From Emiliania huxleyi CCMP1516 (Eukaryota), in NCBI RefSeq assembly GCF_000372725.1, contig NW_005201192.1, forward strand, positions 558,001 through 622,000: a DNA stretch of 64,000 nucleotides, read 5' to 3'. Below, in pieces: positions 49,472 to 58,900 of the stretch. Each line of letters starts with the position of its first letter. The first letter of the stretch is position 1. Under the pieces are notes generated by a model. The model worked only from the letters and a program-made list of their open reading frames with translations, ran no database searches and was not told the origin of the DNA. Position numbers and translations under genes: made by a program.

Positions 49472-50334
49472 ACGAGTCGGCGCCCCGTGGCGGAAGTTCT
49501 GCCCGTCAGGTGCTGATCCTCGAGTACCTCGGCACGAGCGTGCTGCTGCACGAGAGGCTCGTGGAGGGCCACGTCGACAGTGGTGTGGGGCGCGCCCTCG
49601 GCCACTTCCTCGGCGCGGCGCACGCGTCCACACACGCGCCGCTGCTCTCCCGCCGGAGCGCGCCTCTTCGCTTGCCGCTGGCTTCTCCAACTGCGAGCTG
49701 CGCGGGGGTGGCTGCGCGCGAGCAGGCCGCCACCCTCCTTCTGCCCGCCTCCGACCCGACCGCGCCTCCGCCAGGCTGCAGCTCGAGCACCTCTTCTCCA
49801 AGTGCTACCGCGAGGACGCGCGCGCCGCGGCGCTGCGCGAGGACGCGGCCTTCATGGCCGCTGTGGAGGCGCCCCGACCGGCACGCCTGCTCACGGCGCC
49901 CGCGTGTGAAGATGCCCCCTCGCCCGCCCAGGCTCTCAAGGCGCGGTACGGCGGCGAGGGCGGCACCGGCCTCGCGCTCTGCCACGGCGACATGCACGCT
50001 GGCTCGGTGATGGTCGACCCGGCCTCGGGCGCGGTCAAGGTGATCTTGTGCACTCGTGTGTGTCGCTCGCTTGTGAGTGCCGGTCCGTTTGCGTGAGTGT
50101 GTGCAGTCCCCTGTGTCGTTCGCTCGACACTCGTGTCTCGTCCCGCTAGCCGCTAGGTGTTAACATTCACAGCCTTGACCCTTGTTATGAGGAAATACGT
50201 CCTATGGCGCTATGCGCTGGTCTGTGAGAGGCTGAGGTGCGAGCCCTGGAGGCCCTGGGGATGGGGGGAGACTACCGGGCCTAGAAGGCCCGCGCGCAGG
50301 GGGGTGTGTTCACAGCCTTCACAAAGGGTGCAAG

Positions 50335-51498
50335 CTGGCGCTGCTCACCTCGAAAAGCGTCGTCGCGTACGTGCGCGAGAAACTCGCCGGCGTGCCGTCG
50401 CTGCCGTTCGCACTCGACGCCGAGCTGGTCGTCCGCGACATCACCGACGGCAACCTCAACTTTGCGTTCTCTGTGGGCGAGGCAGCGGATGAGGCTCGCG
50501 CAGTGTTTGTGAAGCAGGCGCCGGGCTACATCAAGGTCCTCGGCGAGGCGTTCAAACTGGCCGCGGAGCGCATGGTGCTCGAGAGCGAGGTGATGCAGGC
50601 GTACGCGGCCCTCACGCCTGACTACGTCCCTCGCTTCATCCTCCGCGACCCAGAGAGTTTTGTGATGGTGACCGAGTACCTCCATGGCTACGTGCTGATG
50701 CGCAGCGCGCTGATGTCTCGCCGCCTGCAGGGCACCGCGGCGGTTGAGGAGGTCGCGCGCTTCATGGCCGTAACTCACTCGGCGACATGGATCGGAACTG
50801 CCGGCGCCGAGCGCTGGGGCACGGTCAACAACGAGACGATGTGCGGGATCACGGCCGACTACGTCTTCTCGAAGCCGCTCGACGCGGCCGACGGGACGAA
50901 CCGCTGCTCGAGCGGTCTCACCGACGTGGCTGCCGCCCTCCGCGCCGATGCGGCCCTCTGCGAGGGCGTGCTCGCCATGCGATCGACTTTCCTAATGACG
51001 AAGCAGTGCCTCGTGCATGGCGACCTGCACACGGGCTCGGTGATGGTCCCGGCCGACGGCGGCACGGGCCCCGCAAAGGTGATCGACGCCGAGTTTGCCT
51101 TTTTCGGCCCCGCAGCGTTCGATGTCGGTTCGTTTGTCGCCAACTTGGTGTTTGCGGCATCGCTCGGCCCCTCGCCAGAGGTGCACGCCATGATCCACGC
51201 CGTGTGGGTCACATACGTCGGGGCAACGACGCCGCTCAAGTCCGACAACGCCGCGACGGCCGAGATGCTCCAGCTCGCATGTGGCTTCTGCGGCTGTGAG
51301 CTGATACGGCGGATTGTCGGCGCCGCGCATGTGGACGATCTGGAGAAGGCCCCGGAGGCGATCAAGCTGACCGCGGAGAAGACGGCACTAGCGATCGGCT
51401 GCCGCTTAGTCAAGGGGAGGGAGGGCATCGGCTCGATCGATGCGCTTCTCGCGATCGTCCAGGAGGAGGTTGGCAATCCGGCGCACGCGAGCTTGTGA
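50335..51498 (+). CDS. 5-methylthioribose kinase (MtnK-like) copy B, intronless, no in-frame ATG at its 5' end
   Basis: ITDGNLNFAF, VFVKQAPGYIK, N.TMCGITADYVF..P, LVHGDLHTGSVMV, KVIDAEFAFFGP.AFDVG and GFCGCELIRRIVGAAHVDDL. An upstream in-frame stop lies at 50233. Confidence 0.85.
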   Translation: MALLTSKSVVAYVREKLAGVPSLPFALDAELVVRDITDGNLNFAFSVGEAADEARAVFVKQAPGYIKVLGEAFKLAAERMVLESEVMQAYAALTPDYVPRFILRDPESFVMVTEYLHGYVLMRSALMSRRLQGTAAVEEVARFMAVTHSATWIGTAGAERWGTVNNETMCGITADYVFSKPLDAADGTNRCSSGLTDVAAALRADAALCEGVLAMRSTFLMTKQCLVHGDLHTGSVMVPADGGTGPAKVIDAEFAFFGPAAFDVGSFVANLVFAASLGPSPEVHAMIHAVWVTYVGATTPLKSDNAATAEMLQLACGFCGCELIRRIVGAAHVDDLEKAPEAIKLTAEKTALAIGCRLVKGREGIGSIDALLAIVQEEVGNPAHASL

Positions 51499-52830
51499 TT
51501 GCTGCCCACTGGCTGCCCAGGGGGCGCCGGCCATTCAGTACAGGCCGATGCACGGCGCCTCTCTCTCGGACCACACCTGCGCATCCGCCAGCCGCAGCCA
51601 CCTGGCTGTGAGGCGTCGATAGACCGCGTCCGATTTCGCGTGTCTTCCACAGTGCGAAATCGGATGGCTGCCGCCGCGCCCCACCCCGGCTGCGTGCGGC
51701 TCCCTCCGGCGGCCGGCTCCCGGCCCAGGTGCACCCGCGGTTTCGTGCTCCTCGGCAGCCCCTCTGCCGACGGCCGAAGCGAGCCGGAAGCCTGCCGAGC
51801 GGCTGCCTTCGGCGAGACGGCCTCGGCGGAGGGACCTCCACTCAAGGCGTCAGGAACTCCTATCCGTGTGCTGCAGCGTCTAGTCTCAGAGAGCCGCCTG
51901 TGCACATGTGTCGATATTTCGCGCAAATGCTTGCCGCCGGCGACAAACCCCAGCTACGAGTGTGTGAGCAACCGCTCAGAGAGTATCCATCTGGGACCCT
52001 CATACCCGGAGTTTGCAATCTACGGCCCCCCCGGGCTCGACGTCGGCTGCCTCCTCTCGTCGTACCTGCTCGCGGCCGTGCTTGCCGCCGGGCGCCAGCC
52101 GGAGGCGGGGGCAAGTGACACCTGCCGCCGGCTCCGCTCCGCCGTGCGCGAGATTTGGGAGCCGAGTGCCCCACACGCCAGCGGCAGACAACCGGCCTCC
52201 CACACGCGTCGCCCTCTCTCAGCCCGCGGCATCCTTCCCACACCCAGGCCTACGCCGTGCGCATGAAGGAGGGCGTCGTCGACGCGCCCACCGTTAGCGC
52301 GGCGGGCGCCGACGCTGCGGGCTTCGCGGGCTGCGAGCTCGCCCGCACCGCACTGGGCTATGCAGGCGCGCGCGGCCTGCCCATTGCAGATGCCGACGCG
52401 AAGGCCGCCGCCGAGGCCGCCGCGCTCCGGGTGGCGGAGCGGTGCATCCGGCGGCGAGGCGAGGGCGTGGGCGTCGTCCGCGCGGAGATGGACGCGCTGC
52501 TTCTGCCCCAGTGTCCCGGAGATGCGGGGAAGCAAGCGGGAAGAAAAGCGGGCGCGCAGAAGTAGGGGTGCTTCTTGTGGGACCTGATCCTTTGTAAAGA
52601 AAGTCTAGAAAAGCGCAGTAGAAAGATAGAAAACTGTGACACGCTCCCGCCTCCCCGGTCCGAGGCGCTAGAGGCAGGCGAGGGATGGGAGGACGGCACG
52701 CCGCCAAGGCCAACACAGGCATTCTTTGGTAGTAGACTTGCCATTTCTTTTCTGAAGGTTTGCCTGAGCCTGTGTTAGTGCCAGTGCGCGCGCCAGTCCG
52801 TGCCCACCTGTCCGTGCCCAGTGTCGGGCA

Positions 52831-53135
52831 CTTTGGAGCGGAGCACTTGGAGCACTTGGAGTGCAGTTTCATCAACCGCACATCCAGGGCCGAACTAAGA
52901 AGCACACCCAGCGGGCCGGATGATTGGCATCGGGCACTTGGAGCACTTGGAGTGCAGTCATCAACCTCACATCCAGGGCCGGGGAGCTGACAAGAAGCGC
53001 ACCCAGCGGGCCGGATGATCGGCATCGGGTTACGGGCTAGAGAGCCCTAGCCCTGGGGGGTGCGCGTTCGCAGGGAAAGGGCCATAAAGTAAACACGGTT
53101 CTCCTAGGGTTGGACCCGCGTACCGGGTTTCCCCT
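52831..53135 (+). repeat. Dispersed repeat family A, copy 3 (with internal tandem duplication)
   Basis: Two units of ggagcacttggagtgcagt..catcaacc.cacatccagggcc followed by agagccctagccctggggg. Confidence 0.8.
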
Positions 53136-53772
53136 AATTGCAGGACGCCCCCTCTACGTCGGAGCTAGTGGACATTACACGGTACACCACGCCCAAAGAC
53201 ACTTGCTTAGTCCTCGGTCCCGGAGCTCCATCTTCCATCCTCCCGGGGCTCCGGTTCTCCCCGATTCGCTCTCTTGTTTGCTTGCCGAGCGTCATACGAC
53301 GGCGGATGTGGTCGTTTCCCTCGTTGTTGGTGTCGCTTTCTCCGATGTTGGAGCACTTTGGAGTGCAGTCATTAACCTGTCGAGCAGCTTCCGCGGCGCC
53401 CATGCGGACCGCCGCTGCACGGGGCTAGGCACCAGAAGATGAGTGGAGTTGATGAATTGGGCCGTCGTCCGTGCCTCCCCTCTATTCGTCAGAGTGGGAC
53501 CTACGCTGCGCCGGCCGGGTAAGTAAGGGGAGCGCCCGGTCCTCGACGGAGCCGCGCGCCCCAAACGACCCAGGCGGCGAGTAGTCGTCGTTGAACCTCC
53601 GGCGTGTAGTTGCCCGTGGTTAGCGCCCGTCCGCCCTCCGCCGTCCGTCGCTTCGTGTGACCAGCGGAGATAGAAGGGGTCAACAATCTTTCTCTACGTG
53701 TCACCATCATACTCGTATCATGTTGACCTGCTGTCAAGCTCCTGCGTCCTGCCCTCAGGCAGCGACAACACC

Positions 53773-54948
53773 ATGCCATCCTCCTGTCCTCTCTTCCCGG
53801 CGAACAGGGATGACGTTGTGCTTGCACGCGTCGGCAAGTCGTGGTGGCCTGCAAAAGTGACCGACGTAGGCGCCGAGCGAGCACAGCTCCTCTTTTTTGG
53901 CGACTTCAAGGTGTCGACACACGCCGCCATACCCGCCGCCGCGACGCCCTAAAAGTCTCACGCTTGCCAGCTTGTGCGCCCTCACCACCACCTTGCGTGT
54001 GCACAGACCGGATCCTGGCCGAGGTCACAGCTACGGCCGCTGAGCGACCTGCAGAGCCTCCCAAAACGGAGGCAGCCCCGCTCCGCCTGCTACACCTCTG
54101 CCCTCGTTGAAGCGGAGGAGTGGATCGATCGCCGCGCCACAACGCACTCGGTGGGCAGCAAACAGCTGGTACCGCCCGCCCTCCCTGTCGCCTCGTTCCG
54201 CCGGGCTCTCGAGCCCGCTATCAGCTACAACAGCGGCAGCGAGGCCCAAAAGGAACCGCAGTGTGAGGAGGAGGAGGAGGAGGTGGTATCCGAGGTCGCC
54301 TTTGTGCGGCGGCACGCTCCGTTGGAGCTCATGGAGAAGCACGGCTACGCGGCTCACCCCTCGATCGCGAAGCTGATGGGCGGTGCGTCGGTCGCCGCAA
54401 CGAGCTTCGAGGCGGCTGTGGCCAGCGGTCTGGTCGGATGCGAAATTCTGGTGCCACCGGAGTGCTTCTTGGACGACCCCAAGGGCGCACCATACCGCGC
54501 GCTCGTGCTGCGCGTGCGCCGGGGCCGGCCCGACGCGGTGGATGTGCGCTATCGAGCAAGCGGGGCCTGCTCATGGTTCCCGGCCACACAGGCTGCCGCT
54601 TGGGTGTGCGCGAGGGCGCCGCCAGCTGCTGGGCCGCCGCGGAGCGGGCTTCCGCCTCGGGCGCAAGCGCCGCGGCATTCCTGCGCGCGCAAGCGGCCCA
54701 CTGGGGAGAGGTGCAAGGGCTGCCGGCGATTCGGCAAGTCGAGATGCCCCACCCACTCGCAAGGCGGTTTGGGGGCGACGACACCAGCAGCTGACCCGCC
54801 CGCCGACCCGCCCGCCAAGCGCCTCGCCGTCGCTGGCATGTGTGGCACCTTCGGCTGTATCCTCTTGGACCGCCACCAAGGATTACACGTCTGTCCACCA
54901 CCGCCCAAGGGCCGCGGCAAACAGTCGTACGTCACACCGCCCGTCTAA
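53773..54948 (+). CDS. PWWP-domain chromatin protein with C-terminal Cys/His motifs; exons 53773-53910 and 54007-54948
   Basis: DVVLARVGKSWWPAKV....LLFFGD.K|T.SW....LRPL. GT-AG intron in frame. Confidence 0.75.
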
Positions 54949-55601
54949 GAGCACTCTTGTGCTCTTGATGGCCTGTATCCATGTTTCCGGAAACCAAAAA
55001 GGAAACGAGAGGGTCCCCAGCACTTTGCGTTTCCGGAAATTTCCAGGGAAACTAGAGGGTGTTTGGAGGCAAGTTTGGTGCTCCATTCTGGCAACTCTCG
55101 AGTTTCCCTGAGTTGTTTTGTTGAGTCTGAGAGCTGGTCTGGGGCAAAATCTGAGGCGAAACCGAGGAAATCGGCAAAATACCCAGCCGGTCGCAGGGTA
55201 ATTTCCAGGTATACCCCGGTATTTTGCCGCTTTGCCTTTGGCTGATTTTGGGCCCAAACCAGCTGATTTCCACGGAGTTTCCTCGGGAAACTAGAGAGGA
55301 AACGAGAAGAAACGAGAGGGTGCTGTGGAGAAACACGGAAAGGAAACGAGACGGGGTGCGCGAGGAAACATGGATGGATACAGCCTAAAGTCTGCCTCTT
55401 CCTATCTCTCTATCTCCCTGGTGGGTAAAAGAAAGAAAGAAAGAAAACGGACACGCCAAGGGAGATGGGAGGACGGCACGCCGCCACCACACAGGGATTT
55501 TAAGGAGAGGGGTGTGATGCGCTAGCCGTCGCCCACCCTTGGGCGTTTTTGCCTCGCTTTGAAGAATTCTTCTGTTGCTCTCGTTGGGCAATGTCGATCT
55601 C

Positions 55602-58465
55602 ATGAGGACCCGTCCAAGCTGGCTGGTCCCTTTAATTGCCCTCCCGTGCATCCGAGCCGTTTCCTCCGCCGGCCATAGCCGCCGCGTGGCTAGCGCGCGC
55701 GCCGCGCGCGCGCGACTCGCCCGCTCGGCTGCCGACGAGCCAGCCCGCACCGACTGGAGGAGCTTCCGTGCTAACCTGGTGCGGGAACAGCGCGGCATAG
55801 CGGGAGCGCAGGCGCTGCACACCGATGAGGCACCGAGCGGCGGCGGCGACTGGTGGGTCCACGAGCTCGCTGCTCCCGAGCCGGGCTGCCTGCTGCTCGC
55901 GCAGCCGCACGCGCACATTGTCGTCGAGGAGCCGCTGATGCACCGGGCGGTCGTGCTGGTGCTGGAGCATGACGCGGCCCGCGGGACGGTCGGCCTGCTC
56001 CTCGACACGCCGGCCAACGCGACGGTGAGCCAGATGCTGCGCCGCCGCGCCGAGCCGAGCCCGCACCTCCTCCCGCTCGGCGGCAACCAGCTGCTGGTGG
56101 GAGGGACGGTGCTGCCGCGCGAGAGGCTGCGGGTGCTCACCTCGCGGTGCGACGTTCCGGGGGCAAGGCGCGTCCTCCCCGGCCTGTACTCGTGCGCGCC
56201 CGACGCCGCCGCGCGGATGGTCGCCATCGGCGCCGCCGACGCCGCGTCGTTCGACGTGTACGCTGCGGCGTGCCAGTGGTCGCCGCTGCAGCTGCGCGAG
56301 GAGCTCGAGGCGGCGCTGTGGCTGCCTGCGGCGGCGAGCGCGGCGGCGATCGCGCGGCCGCGCGAGTGGCGGAGGGACGGCGTCTACTTCAACCTGGTCG
56401 AGGGGCTCGGCGGGCAGTACCTCAAGCAGGCGCGCCGTCGGGGATGCCTCTGGGCGCGGGCGGGAGGTGGGGTGCCGGTGGTGGCGGCTGTCGGAAGGCG
56501 GCTGCAGGGCGGGTGTCTGAGACGGGCGGTGGGCAGAGAAGGGAGGGGCTTGTGTGAGGTGCGGCTTGGGAGGGGCGCACGCCGCTGCTGCCACCGAGAG
56601 CTGCTCGCCCTCCGCGCGCCCTGCACCCCCCCGCCCTTCCCTGACATTCTTGGAAGTGCCCCGCCAGGCGCTGCTCGCCCGCACGGAGGAGGAGGTGAGG
56701 TCGTGGCTGGCGACCCGCTCCGCCCTAGCGCCCGGCCTGCTCCGCGCCCTCGCGGCGGACGTCCTCTCCGCGGAGGAGGCTGGCGCGGGCGGGAGGAGGG
56801 AGGCTGGCGGCGGGCGCGAGGCGCGAGGGGTGGAGCCGCCACGGCCAGCGGTGACGGCGGACGAGGTGTCGTTTCGGCTCCACGTGCGTCGCTCCCCTCC
56901 CTCCCACCGGGCGCGGCTCGAGGCGAGCGTCAGCTTTGGCGGCTGCCTTGTCAGGCGCTGCTCTACCCTCGCGACAACCTCACCGACGTGCGGGACGGGG
57001 TTGGGTCGCTCGCGGAGCAGGCGGGCGGCCTAGGGTTAGGGTTAGGGTTAGGGTTAGGGTTGGGGTTGGGGTTAGGGTTAGGGTTAGGGTTAGCAGGCGG
57101 GCGGCCCCGCAGCCCTCCTCTCCGCACACGCCTCCAAGCCACGCCTATCCCCCTCCCCCCCACCCCCCCACCCACCCCCCCGCGCAGGCGGCCTACATCT
57201 GGTTCACGCGCGAGGTCGAGGCAGGCGCCTTCCTCAACGGAGCCGGAGCAGCGGCGGGAGCAGCAGCGGGGGGCGCAGCCACCCCTCCGCCTCGCTCGGC
57301 GAGGGCGCCCTTCGAGCTGGTCCCGCCGGCGGTGCGGCGCCCGCACGCCCCGCCCCGCCGGGCAGGTGCTCCTCTCCACCCCGGGCGACCCTCGGCTGCA
57401 GGTTCCTCGCTCGCCGAAGAGCGCGCTCCGCCGCCGCTCGAGCGAGAGGGCTGGTGCCGCTTGGGCAGCCAGCGGGGGCTCCTCCCCGCCGGGCGGAAAG
57501 ACATCGCTGAGCGGCAGCCCGGCGCTGCGCGTGCTCTCTGCCGCGGCGGCGGGGCGTGTGTCTCAGGAGAACGCGCTGCACGCGATCCAGTGCGCGAGTA
57601 GTCTGCAGAAGTTGGGGAGCAGAGACGCGACCGAGAGACGGCGCCGCGAGATGGTGCTGGGGTGCTGCTTCCCCTCCCGACCCTCCCCGCCTCCCCGCAA
57701 TGTCGCGCCCGCGCTTCGCCGACCGCTCGCTGCTCGGCTGCAGGCTGCTACTCTTCGACGTGCTCGACTTCCACGCCGCGCCCGAACCGACGCCGGAGCA
57801 GGCGTCGCTCCCCGACCTGCTCCGGAGGCGCGGCGGGGCGGCGTCGCTCTTCTCCCTGTGCGCGGCCCCTCTCCGCCCCCGCATGCCACCTCCCTCACCT
57901 GACACGTCGCTTGCCCGCCCCGCCCCTCCATCTCGCCTCCTCCCGCCTCCCTGCTCCCATTCCCGACGTGCATCGCGGGGCATGCGTGCGCGGGCTAGGT
58001 GTGTGCTCTACGCCACCCTCGCGCGCAAGCTGGGCGTCGGCCTTCAGCTCGTGCGCCTCTCCCCGCCGCCGGGGCGGACCCTGCGCGGGTGCCGCCGCCT
58101 CTCGACCTCTCCTCGTCCCGACAGCCGCCCTGCTTCCGAGCTTCTCCGCCCCGTGGCGCCGCAGGCCTCCCTTCCTTCTCGCGCTCGGGCCGGCGGAGCT
58201 CTTCATCGACATCCTCGCCGCGGGCCGGCTCCGCACGCTGAGCGACCTGGCGCAGTTCCTGGACGGCGGCGACGGCGACGGCGGCGCGGTGGGCAGGCTA
58301 TCGCCCGCGCAGCTCCGCGCGGCGGCGAAGCCGCTCGACCAGCGCGCAGTCTGCCTGCAGCTCGTCCGCGAGTCCGAGGCCTCGAGCGCGAGCGTGGGCC
58401 GGCTGGCGCACGCGCAGTTTTGGAGCGCGCAGCGCGAGCTGCTCGAGGCCTACCTGCGAGAGTGA
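55602..58465 (+). CDS. DUF179 (AlgH/YqgE-like) protein with a C-terminal SirB1/transglutaminase-like region, multi-exon, N-terminal targeting peptide
   Basis: DWRSFRANLV, W.HEL..PEPGCLLLA, RAVVLVLEH....GTVGLLL..P, and W...QL.EEL...W. Later exons read LF..L.F...SL..LL.RR.G..SL..LYA.LARKLG...FID...G. Confidence 0.72.
57031..57093 (+). repeat. Interstitial telomeric repeat (TTAGGG)n with TTGGGG variants, intronic
   Basis: About 10 visible units. Confidence 0.95.
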
Positions 58466-58900
58466 GAGACACGGCGTGCCCCGTGTGTGCACCCGTGTGC
58501 CGCTGCCACACTGTTGCCCGAGCCTCGCCGCCGTCTGCGGCCGTCGTCCGGGGGGCGGGGCCCGCCCCGGGTGGCGGGGGGGGTCGTGACTCGTGTGCGG
58601 TGACCGGTGTGCCGGCGGTGCGGTCATATGCGCGTCCGCGCTCCGCGGGTCGGGGGGTCGCTCGTCGCGTCGTCGGTCGTCTCCCCGGTCCCGTCTCGTC
58701 GATGTCCGATACTAGACTTCAGTGAGAGCACAGAGGCTCGCCGAAGGCTTTACGGCATATAACCACGAAAATACGCTTTACTGTGACACTAACGACGCAA
58801 CAGACGGGTGACCTGACAGGGGCTACTCTCCGCGCCGCGCACACTGTCATCACCTCTGAGAGCAAATAGCTGGGGGGTACACGAGCGCAGACCCGGGCAA

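Larger units (their letters stand above)
48366..52565 (+). pseudogene. Intron-rich 5-methylthioribose kinase (MtnK-like) copy A, disrupted
   Basis: EVDGGNLNYAFRV...IFLKQ (48366-48578), VLILEYL (49511), LCHGDMHAGSVMV..KVI (to ~50045), then PEFAIYGPPGLDVG...GFAGCELAR (52005-52565). Exon 2 is cut by a repeat and the DPEF motif is split. Confidence 0.72.

Noticed and set aside
44759..51498. HAD + nitroreductase + MTR kinase as a methionine-salvage gene cluster
   Set aside because: The HAD lacks recognisable enolase-phosphatase (MtnC/MtnX) signatures and nitroreductase is not part of that pathway. Adjacency alone is insufficient.
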